NCBI RefSeq assembly: GCF_000013905.1
Contig: NC_007969.1
Location: 2,940,001 to 2,972,000 of the forward strand
Direction of reading: 5' to 3'
DNA from: Psychrobacter cryohalolentis K5
Lineage (GTDB): Bacteria > Pseudomonadota > Gammaproteobacteria > Pseudomonadales > Moraxellaceae
Length of the DNA: 32,000 nt
Shown here: positions 19,721-27,630 of the stretch, piece after piece
Layout: every line of letters starts with the position of its first letter
How positions within the stretch are numbered: position 1 is the first letter of the stretch
Notes under the pieces: model-generated
Seen by the model: only the letters and a program-made list of their open reading frames with translations
Told to the model about the DNA's origin: nothing
Database searches by the model: none
Program-made: the position numbers and the translations under genes

Positions 19721-20317
19721 TTATTTGACACGCGCACGGTATTTCACTGCGACTGTATCATTAAGACCTACGCCTTCCAAATCCCAGCGTACGGCTTTAT
19801 AGAATTTTAACGGAATTTCTTGCAACTGATTGTCAACTTTTCCACGTAGCGGCATACGGGCAAATGTATTACCGTCTGCACTACCATAAGGAAAATCAGG
19901 AGAAACAGCACGCAGCAATTCTACTTGTTCAGGAATACTCATCGTCACGGTCATTTTACGAACCCGATCCGCATTGGTATTGGTAAAATAGCCTTGATAC
20001 TCTAAAACATTACCTGACTGCAAACGCGTATTTGCATCCACAGGAACCAGTATTTCTTTACCATTGGCATCAACACTAATCAATGACGCTGTAATTCTAC
20101 TGTTAACTGCTTGCGCATTTGACTGACTGTTTTGATTAAAGTTTGACTGAACCGCTACTGAATTATTAACGGCTTGTTCTGGTGTGGGTAACATCGCTGA
20201 TGCTTGCGTGACAGCCATAACGCCAACGAGCGTACCAGCGACAACATGAAACAAGCGGTGTCCAGTCCATGCACTGAATGGGTTCGCAAAATGGTTACTT
20301 TTCTTCATGACATTCAT
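19721..20317 (-). CDS. Secreted hypothetical protein, possibly a single DUF11/CARDB-like beta-sandwich domain
   Basis: 198-aa ORF with an N-terminal signal-like segment (VAGTLVGVMAVTQASA). The segment SGNVLEYQGYFTNTNADRVRKMTVTMSIPEQVE resembles the 'conserved repeat domain' pattern; this is a weak call by eye. The start could be ATG 20317 or ATG 20308. Confidence 0.6.
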   Translation of the reverse strand: MNVMKKSNHFANPFSAWTGHRLFHVVAGTLVGVMAVTQASAMLPTPEQAVNNSVAVQSNFNQNSQSNAQAVNSRITASLISVDANGKEILVPVDANTRLQSGNVLEYQGYFTNTNADRVRKMTVTMSIPEQVELLRAVSPDFPYGSADGNTFARMPLRGKVDNQLQEIPLKFYKAVRWDLEGVGLNDTVAVKYRARVK

Positions 20318-20710
20318 TATCCCTAGTTGATGTATCGGTAAAACAAAGCTGGTAAAAAAGGAGCTGGTAAAAATTAGTAGTTTTAAAAATATAGGACAAT
20401 AAGCAATTTACCATCATATATGGTCATACTCAGTCATGTTAATTTTTAAACATTATTATTTTTATCAATTATCTGCGTAAGCCATCGGTAAAGCAATAGC
20501 GCTTAGCATAACAAAAAGCATTTATACGTACATTAACCCTGTGTTGATGTTGTGTATATCGTTAATCTGCTGTGAAGACTCTTTAACGCTACTGAAATAA
20601 AAGATAGCTCATAACGACGTTTTTTGCTATGGTAAATCTTTAGCGATCCTTTAACGACAGGCATTCTCTGTCACGCCCTTTTTCTTATTCTAACGACTAT
20701 TGCTCCCATT

Positions 20711-22033
20711 ATGACTACTAGCGCCATGCCCCAGATTAACCCTGAATACGTCCATTGGTTCCGTAATTCTGCCCCCTATATCAATACCCATCGCGGCAAA
20801 ACGTTCGTGATTATGTTTGGTGGTGAGGCGGTCAATCATCCAAATTTCAGCACACTGATTCATGACTTTGCTTTATTGCATAGCTTGGGTATCAAGCTGG
20901 TATTGGTGCATGGGGCGCGACCGCAAATCGAGAAAAACCTCAAAGATGCTGATATTGAATCGCCACTGCATCAAGATATTCGTGTGACACCTCGCGTCGC
21001 GATGCCTTCTATATTACAAGCGGTTGGTGCTATTCGCTTGCAGATTGAAGCGCAGCTATCGATGGGGCTTGCCAACTCACCTATGTACGGCTCACGTATT
21101 GATGCAGTGTCGGGCAATTTCGTCACTGCGCGTCCTTATGGTATCCGCGATGGCGTTGATTACCAGATGACAGGCGAAGTACGCTCTATCGATGTTGAAG
21201 CCATCAAAAATAATCTACTACACGATCATATTGTAATTTTAGGCTCTATGGGCTATTCGGCAACCGGCGAAGTCTTTAACTTATTGGCTGAAGATGTTGC
21301 TCTTAGTGCCGCCGTGGCGCTTGGTGCTGATAAGCTGATTTTCCTAGGCGAAGAAGCCGGTATCAATCATAATGATCGTTTGCTACGTGAGATGATTCCA
21401 AATGAAGTCGACCGCTTCTTACGTGACCGTGATCTAAACTGTGAGATTAATTACTTCTTAAGCTGTGCCAGCAATGCCTGTCGCCAAGGGGTTCATCGCA
21501 CCCATATTATCTCTTATGCCAAAAACGGCGCACTACTTGAAGAGCTATTTACCCGTGATGGTTCTGGCACCTTGATTAGTCACGACCCTTACGAAGAGAT
21601 TCGCCGCGCTGATGTCGATGACGTGGTAGGGCTGATAGAGCTATTATCGCCGTTAGAAGAGCAAGGTATCTTGGTCAGTCGCTCACGCGAACGCTTGGAG
21701 CAAGAGATTGATAATTATAGCGTCATCGAACGTGACGGCATGATTTTAGGTTGTGCAGCGCTTTATCCACTCGATACAGATTCAGCAGAAGTTGCCTGCG
21801 TCGCGGTACATCCAGAATATCGCAGCGGTAGCCGCGGCGCTGATTTACTGGCATTTTTGGAGCAACAAGCACGCAGCCATGGTCTACACAAGTTATTTGT
21901 ATTGACCACTCGTACAGCACATTGGTTCGTTGAACAGGGGTTTGCTGAAGTTGAGGCAAGTGCCTTACCTGAAATACGCCGCGAGAAGTATAATAACGGT
22001 CGCAATTCTAAAGTTTTCCAAAAGAACCTTTGA
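20711..22033 (+). CDS. argA: Amino-acid N-acetyltransferase (N-acetylglutamate synthase)
   Basis: 440-aa ORF with an N-terminal amino-acid-kinase fold (FRNSAPYINTHRGKTFVIMFGGEAV) plus a C-terminal GNAT domain. The N-terminus is near-identical in pattern to enterobacterial ArgA. Confidence 0.95.
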   Translation: MTTSAMPQINPEYVHWFRNSAPYINTHRGKTFVIMFGGEAVNHPNFSTLIHDFALLHSLGIKLVLVHGARPQIEKNLKDADIESPLHQDIRVTPRVAMPSILQAVGAIRLQIEAQLSMGLANSPMYGSRIDAVSGNFVTARPYGIRDGVDYQMTGEVRSIDVEAIKNNLLHDHIVILGSMGYSATGEVFNLLAEDVALSAAVALGADKLIFLGEEAGINHNDRLLREMIPNEVDRFLRDRDLNCEINYFLSCASNACRQGVHRTHIISYAKNGALLEELFTRDGSGTLISHDPYEEIRRADVDDVVGLIELLSPLEEQGILVSRSRERLEQEIDNYSVIERDGMILGCAALYPLDTDSAEVACVAVHPEYRSGSRGADLLAFLEQQARSHGLHKLFVLTTRTAHWFVEQGFAEVEASALPEIRREKYNNGRNSKVFQKNL

Positions 22034-22078
22034 ATAATGGCTCATTAACGTCGAAAGCTTAAGTGCTATTTCTTACGC

Positions 22079-22114
22079 AAAAAGAAGCCCTCTTAATGTA
22101 AGAGGGCTTCTTTT
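22079..22114. terminator. Bidirectional intrinsic terminator between argA and the FKBP gene
   Basis: A5, GAAGCCCTCTTA, loop ATG, TAAGAGGGCTTC, T4. The stem is a perfect 12 bp. Confidence 0.85.
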
Positions 22115-22158
22115 AACGTCTATTGTATCAATACTAAATTGGCATTAATTACTGCTAA

Positions 22159-22890
22159 TTACTTTACCTTTAATAGCTCAACGGTAAAGATTAGCGTGCT
22201 ATTAGGCTCGATACCTGCGTTACCCGCTTCACCATAAGCGATATCAGATGGGATATAAAACTCGTATTTACCGCCCTCTTTCATCAACTGTAGACCTTCA
22301 GTCCAACCAGCGATTACTTGGTTTAGTGGGAATTCAATTGGCTCACCACGCTCATATGAGCTATCGAATACAGTGCCGTCAATCAATTTACCTTCGTAGT
22401 TTACTTCAACCACGTCCGTAGCTTTTGGCGACTTGCCAGTACCTGCGGTCACTACTTTATATTGTAGACCTGAAGCAGTGGTTTTTACGCCAGCTTTTTT
22501 GCCATTCTCTACTAAGAATGCGGCGCCCTTAGTTTTGTTTGCACCCGCTTTAGATTCCATATCTTTCACAAACTTCGCTTCCTGTTCTTTTTGATAGGCC
22601 ATTAACACTTCTTGCATTTGCTCTTCTGTCAATGCCGCTTTTTTGCCTTCATAGCCATCACGGAAACCTTTTTCAAACGTATCTAGGTGCAGATCCCCAA
22701 CCGCTTCTTTATTCCCTTCTGCCATCATATAGCCCAAGCTATAGCCTACTTTTTCCTTGGCAGGGCTTTGTTCAGTCACTGAAACACTTTTGGTAGCTGT
22801 TTCTTTACTGCCATTGTTTGCGCTACAGCCTGTGATTAATAACATAGCACTAGCAAGGGCACTGATGCTTAGGGTAGTGATTTTTTTCAT
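22159..22890 (-). CDS. FKBP-type peptidyl-prolyl cis-trans isomerase, Mip/FkpA-like lipoprotein
   Basis: Lipobox LITGC. An FKBP_N dimerisation helix region is followed by a C-terminal FKBP domain (GKLIDGTVFDSSYERGEPIEFPLNQVIAGWTEGLQLM, PSDIAYGE). Confidence 0.92.
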   Translation of the reverse strand: MKKITTLSISALASAMLLITGCSANNGSKETATKSVSVTEQSPAKEKVGYSLGYMMAEGNKEAVGDLHLDTFEKGFRDGYEGKKAALTEEQMQEVLMAYQKEQEAKFVKDMESKAGANKTKGAAFLVENGKKAGVKTTASGLQYKVVTAGTGKSPKATDVVEVNYEGKLIDGTVFDSSYERGEPIEFPLNQVIAGWTEGLQLMKEGGKYEFYIPSDIAYGEAGNAGIEPNSTLIFTVELLKVK

Positions 22891-23316
22891 AAAATGCTCT
22901 CAAATTGTAATAATAGTGGCGAGATGTCACATTTATCTATAATAGCAAATCTTAGTTTTGCCTGCTATGACTCACTTGAAATTATCGGTCAAATGTACAG
23001 TCTATGTTAATATTTACCGTAAAAATAACAACTTATCACACAAATATAGTAAGACGTTAAGCTTTCTATCTTTAAATTCATAATTACATAAGTTAAGCTA
23101 AATTGGTTAAGGAAAGAAATAACAAAAGGTATGTTTTGTTAATAGTGACTACTGATTGTTAAGTATAAATTTCTTATAAAGCACTAAAATCAAATTTTCA
23201 AATAATTTTAATTAAAAATACTAATAAATAGGTGTGTGTTTGCCTCAGATGAAACGCTTGAATTAAAGTGATTTTCTTATCTTATAGCAGACACATGATC
23301 ATTAGAGGAGGACAGG

Positions 23317-25014
23317 ATGAATCCAATGTTTACATCTTTCAACGGTTATCTGGGTGGCCCTATCGGCTCCATCATCGGCGCTATTCTTATTTTTATCATT
23401 GGTTGGCTTGTCGCCTTGGGCATAGCTGCTCTGGTACGCGGCGTGCTGTCTAAAATCAATCTCAATCAACGTATGAACTCTTCAACGGGTAAAAGCTATG
23501 ACTTAGAGGGCATCATCTCTAAGATTGTTTTTTGGTTTATTTTCGTTATCGCTATTTCTGGCGCGTTAAGTCAGTTAAACCTAAACTCTATTTCAGCACC
23601 GTTTGCCAATATGGTAAACCAAGTACTCACCTTTATCCCTAATCTTATCGCTGCTATTGCAGTTGGTGTGATCGGTTGGGTAATTGCAACAGTTGCACGT
23701 ACTGCCATCAATGCTGCACTTTCAAAAACCTCAATGGATGAGCGTTTGAGTGCAAAAGCTGGTGTAAAACCAATGAGCAGCACGATTGCTGACATGGTTT
23801 ATTGGTTCATTCTATTAGTAGTATTGACCATGGTATTAGGTCAACTAGAGCTTGACGGTTTATTTGCTCCATTAACTAATATGGTTGATAAAATCTTCAG
23901 CTTTATCCCTAATATTCTGATTGCTGCTGTAGTATTCGTAGTAGGTTACATCATCGCCAAAGTGGTACGTGGCATCGTAACCAACCTTGTTTCTACTTTT
24001 GATGTCCAAAAGCTTGCAACCAAAGCTGGTTTAAGTGAACAGAATAGCTTACCTAACATTGCAGGTTCTTTAGCCTTTCTAGTAGTGATTATTCCAACAA
24101 TCATTGCTGCTTTAAATGCCCTAAAAATTGATGTAATTGCTCGCCCTGCAACCAACATGCTAAACAAAATCATGGAAGCCTTGCCAAATATCTTTATGGC
24201 AATTGCTATCTTGGTTGTGACTTTTTATGTTGTACGTATGGTTGCAAACATCATCAAAGGCTTGCTTGAAAATACGCAAATCAATCAGTTACCTGCCAAA
24301 GTTGGTCTTCAACAGACCATGGGTGATAAAAAGGTTTCTGACTTAGTTGGCTATGCCATCGTATTTTTTGCCATGTTATTTGCCTCTATCGCTGCTGCTG
24401 ACTTATTAGGTTTTGAGCCTATCTCAGCCATTATTGCGATGTTTATTGCTTTCGGTGCTAATATCATCCTAGGCGCAATCATCCTATTCATCGGTTTTTG
24501 GCTTGCCAACATCATCGCTGGTGTCGTTGAGCGCTCTGAACAAGGTTCACAGTTCCTAGCAAATATCGTGCGCGTTTTGATCATGGGCTTAGTACTTGCC
24601 ATGGGTCTAAAAGCAATGGGTATCGCTGACTCTATTGTCAACCTAGCATTTGGTCTAACTTTAGGTGCAGTTGCCGTAGCATTTGCCCTATCGTTTGGTC
24701 TAGGTGGTCAAGAAGCAGCAGCACGTTTCTTACGCAAAATGCAGGATAAAATGGACAGAGAACGTGACGAAGCAAAAGCAAAATCTGCTTTGACGCCAAG
24801 CTCATCGACTCAAGATAAGGTTGCTGCTTCAGTACGTGACAATACGCCAAGTACAGCTACTGATACGTTTGGTAGCAGCACAACCCAAGTAGATAATAAT
24901 ATCATCACACCTAATAACTTAAGCTCTACCAGTGATGTAAATTCTTCTACGGTTGATATCAATCATATTGCAACTGATGATAGTGATATCGATGGTCCTA
25001 ATAATCTAAGATAA
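23317..25014 (+). CDS. Conserved-TM-helix repeat membrane protein with disordered C-terminal tail
   Basis: 565-aa ORF with about five internal repeats of the pattern FIPN(L/I)(I/L)AA..V.V.G(W/Y).IA..V. This is the pattern I associate with the 'conserved TM helix' repeat found N-terminal to MscS-like channels. A strong GAGGAGGA RBS precedes the ATG. No MscS beta-domain is visible. Confidence 0.8.
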   Translation: MNPMFTSFNGYLGGPIGSIIGAILIFIIGWLVALGIAALVRGVLSKINLNQRMNSSTGKSYDLEGIISKIVFWFIFVIAISGALSQLNLNSISAPFANMVNQVLTFIPNLIAAIAVGVIGWVIATVARTAINAALSKTSMDERLSAKAGVKPMSSTIADMVYWFILLVVLTMVLGQLELDGLFAPLTNMVDKIFSFIPNILIAAVVFVVGYIIAKVVRGIVTNLVSTFDVQKLATKAGLSEQNSLPNIAGSLAFLVVIIPTIIAALNALKIDVIARPATNMLNKIMEALPNIFMAIAILVVTFYVVRMVANIIKGLLENTQINQLPAKVGLQQTMGDKKVSDLVGYAIVFFAMLFASIAAADLLGFEPISAIIAMFIAFGANIILGAIILFIGFWLANIIAGVVERSEQGSQFLANIVRVLIMGLVLAMGLKAMGIADSIVNLAFGLTLGAVAVAFALSFGLGGQEAAARFLRKMQDKMDRERDEAKAKSALTPSSSTQDKVAASVRDNTPSTATDTFGSSTTQVDNNIITPNNLSSTSDVNSSTVDINHIATDDSDIDGPNNLR

Positions 25015-25038
25015 TTTATCGTTATTGATTTATTTTAT

Positions 25039-25067
25039 AAAAAAGACAGCTTAGGCTGTCTTTTTTT
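25039..25067. terminator. Bidirectional intrinsic terminator
   Basis: A6, GACAGC, TTAG, GCTGTC, T7, between the convergent TM-helix repeat gene and the 467-aa orphan gene. Confidence 0.75.
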
Positions 25068-25135
25068 ATGTTTGATAATAAGTAATTTTAGTCAGTATTA
25101 TTAGGGCGAGATGCACTTGGAATATTTAAGCGCAC

Positions 25136-26539
25136 TTATGATAGATGATTAGAATGAGCTTTTTTCTTATTATCTTCGGTAATTTCACTAGCATTACTCT
25201 GATTACTTTGCTGCAACTGCTGAACCTTTTTAGTCAGTTGGCGCTCGCGCTGGGTCATGGGATTAACTGGCTGAATCCATAAATCAATATCCATAAAAGC
25301 ATCTTCAGCCTCTATTATAAAATCTATACCCAATACAACCACATGATGTAGTTCTGCCATTGGTAACCGTGTCGCCACATCTAAAGCGATTTTCGCTAAA
25401 TTTGGGCGTATAGCCGACTTACCATGCTTTCCTTCTGCATCTTGTCCATAAAATATTAGTACATAATGCCGCCCCAAACACTCGTAAGAATGTTGGTGGA
25501 CAACATAGCCTTGTTGCTGCAACTGCTGCGCTTGCTTGGGATGCTTATATAAAGTACGAACTAACTCATGACGCGAAAACAATGACTCATCTAATATCTG
25601 CTGTTGCCAATGAGAAAAATCTGCCTTACTAGACTTCTCCAATGATTCTTTCTGCTTAAACGCAGCAGGATTTTTATAAACTGTTTCTAACATCTGCATG
25701 CTAAGTTGTGACCATAAAGCAGCCGCTTGCGCCATATGCTGTTGATACATCTGCTTAGTTGGGCTATTGGTTTTCTGCGCCAGCGACATCGCTATCAATG
25801 CCGAGTTAGGCTCATTTTGCAAACCATATTTTATCAACGCATTATCTATCGTGATTGCAGGGGCAAAGAAGTCGGCAACATTTAGAAATCTAGTAATAAT
25901 ATCGTTTTCGGAATTTGTTATATGATCCTTATTATCCTGCTGTGAATGCCCTAAACGATAGTGTAAAAATCGCCATAGCTCGCAAGGTATCTTTAATTTA
26001 TTTAAATGAATATGCCAGTCATGCCAGCCAAATGCTTGTAATGGCTGAATAGATGCACTTGTATCAACGATCGAACCCTGTACTAAATCACTATCCGTAA
26101 AACTATGGGCTAGAGGTTGAACAGGATTTTTTTTGCAAGATTTATTATGAACATCATGTTCAGTATCAATATCAATATCAATATCAATTTGACGCTGGAT
26201 ATCCAAAACCAAGACGTCAATACTACGTAACTGGCTGTCTATAGATCTTGATATATGAGTCTTGCGCCATATATTTACAGCATTAAAAGCTGTCCTACCT
26301 AGTGTCTCAATATCAGCTGGCAGCATGTCATTAGGCAAATATATCACCAACTCTACTAAGTTAAGATCGCCCAGTGATAGCTGGTACTGAGAATATTGCG
26401 CTTGATAGTTGCTCTCTACCACTGGCATATCCGGCAAGATAATCTTTAAGATATCTGCTCGTAAATAACAAGCCATTTCATTCATAAGATAGCTTCCATC
26501 AGACATTACCATCGTCGAATCACTGGGCACAGTCACCAC
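25136..26539 (-). CDS. Hypothetical protein (orphan, no family recognised)
   Basis: Long uninterrupted 467-codon ORF with its own terminator and a 270-bp divergent promoter region. The start is uncertain (GTG 26539, ATG 26512 or ATG 26506). I recognise no motif. It has a Q-rich C-terminal part and an IDIDIDID tract. Confidence 0.6.
   Translation of the reverse strand: MVTVPSDSTMVMSDGSYLMNEMACYLRADILKIILPDMPVVESNYQAQYSQYQLSLGDLNLVELVIYLPNDMLPADIETLGRTAFNAVNIWRKTHISRSIDSQLRSIDVLVLDIQRQIDIDIDIDTEHDVHNKSCKKNPVQPLAHSFTDSDLVQGSIVDTSASIQPLQAFGWHDWHIHLNKLKIPCELWRFLHYRLGHSQQDNKDHITNSENDIITRFLNVADFFAPAITIDNALIKYGLQNEPNSALIAMSLAQKTNSPTKQMYQQHMAQAAALWSQLSMQMLETVYKNPAAFKQKESLEKSSKADFSHWQQQILDESLFSRHELVRTLYKHPKQAQQLQQQGYVVHQHSYECLGRHYVLIFYGQDAEGKHGKSAIRPNLAKIALDVATRLPMAELHHVVVLGIDFIIEAEDAFMDIDLWIQPVNPMTQRERQLTKKVQQLQQSNQSNASEITEDNKKKAHSNHLS
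26165..26188. repeat. Perfect hexanucleotide microsatellite (ATCAAT)x4 inside the orphan CDS
   Basis: Read directly at 26165-26188. On the coding (minus) strand it is (ATTGAT)x4, encoding IDIDIDID. Confidence 0.95.
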
Positions 26540-26809
26540 CTTTTTGTCTGAAAAAAATACGCTATTATAAGCGGCGCAATTGGTGTGCAGCGGATAAATG
26601 CAACTGCTACGCCAAGACTATTGGATAAAAAATAAACTACATAATAGCAATTATACATGGTCGCTTTCAGCACAGTGACTTGTTATGATGATATAAAAGC
26701 GGTACTACTCGCGTATTGAGGAATCAATTAATACGCATGCTACTTTACAATATAATTAGCCCATTTATGTATCAAATAACTCTCTGATGATAACAAGGAC
26801 TTGCCCATC

Positions 26810-27622
26810 ATGAAACGCTTTAAAGAGAAAACAGTCGTCGTAACAGGTGCCGACTCACATATCGGTCGTGCAACTGCCATTCGTTTTGCGAATGAAGGTG
26901 CTAATGTCATACTCGTCGGACGCTCGACCGATACATTAAATCAAATCACTGAAGGGTTTCCACAAGACCGTACATGGATTCATACCGACAACTTTTTAAC
27001 CATTGCTTGTGACATTGGTGTTGAGAGCCAAGTACAAGAGATGATAAAAAGAGTCATCGATAAGTTTGAATCAATCGATATATTGGTGAATAACGCAGCA
27101 CAAACAACGCAAGGCAGAAATAGTGGGTTATCTACTGAACAGAAGAGTCCGGCTGTTGATGACTATTTAAGTGAAACCTTGTATGTCTGTCAGACGGCCA
27201 TGCCTTACTTAATACAGAGTAAAGGTAGTATCATTAACGTTCCTTCATTTGCAGCTTGTAGTAGCGATCAGAGTGCAGCGACTTATGATGCTGCCACCTC
27301 AGGTATTACTGATTTGACCCGTACGTTGGCTTCGGCACACAGCGCAGACGGCGTGCGCGTTAATGCAGTAAATCCAAGCGTCACTCAGTCTGATATATCA
27401 GATGCGATTCAAAACACCGATATTCAAAATACTGATATAACAGATCTTCAAGCAAATATAGATGAATCATCAGATAATAGTCCATTAGGACGCTGTGCCA
27501 CACCAAACGATATTGCCGCGGTGATTACTTTCTTAGCAAGCGATGATGCTGCCATGATTACTGGTACCAATTTGCCCGTCGATGGCGGTGTAAGCACTTC
27601 TAACCGTCAGTTACCTTTATAA
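26810..27622 (+). CDS. Short-chain dehydrogenase/reductase family protein with degenerate motifs
   Basis: Rossmann SDR layout (VVVTGADSHIGRA, LVNNAA, YDAAT, VRVNAVNPS, ITGTNLPVDGG). ATG 26810 is preferred over TTG 26801 because AAGGA lies upstream. See findings for the motif substitutions. Confidence 0.85.
   Translation: MKRFKEKTVVVTGADSHIGRATAIRFANEGANVILVGRSTDTLNQITEGFPQDRTWIHTDNFLTIACDIGVESQVQEMIKRVIDKFESIDILVNNAAQTTQGRNSGLSTEQKSPAVDDYLSETLYVCQTAMPYLIQSKGSIINVPSFAACSSDQSAATYDAATSGITDLTRTLASAHSADGVRVNAVNPSVTQSDISDAIQNTDIQNTDITDLQANIDESSDNSPLGRCATPNDIAAVITFLASDDAAMITGTNLPVDGGVSTSNRQLPL
27407..27436 (+). repeat. 15-bp tandem duplication inside the SDR gene (encodes IQNTD IQNTD)
   Basis: ATTCAAAACACCGAT (27407-27421) is followed by ATTCAAAATACTGAT (27422-27436), 13/15 identical. 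Confidence 0.9.
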
Positions 27623-27630
27623 GAAGTTTA
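27623..27630. repeat. Left 8-bp target-site duplication GAAGTTTA of the compact IS
   Basis: GAAGTTTA at 27623-27630 is repeated directly at 28694-28701, immediately outside the two inverted repeats. Confidence 0.9.

Noticed and set aside
20560-20710. ARG box (ArgR operator) upstream of argA, for example around ACTGAAATAAAAGATAGC
   Set aside because: It gives only a partial match to the TGAAT-AT-rich-ATTCA palindrome, with no convincing second half-site. The nearby 12-bp direct repeat AGCTGGTAAAAA (20347-20358 and 20362-20373) is closer to the divergent gene and has no known meaning.
22891-23316. 426-bp AT-rich spacer upstream of the TM-helix repeat gene as an sRNA, tRNA or mobile remnant
   Set aside because: I could see no tRNA-like arms, inverted repeats, direct repeats or conserved RNA motifs. 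It most likely holds divergent promoters and curved AT-rich DNA.
23268-23453. 61-aa ORF overlapping the start of the TM-helix repeat gene
   Set aside because: It is in a different frame and overlaps a gene with a strong RBS. It has no RBS of its own, and its composition looks like an off-frame reading of a hydrophobic gene.
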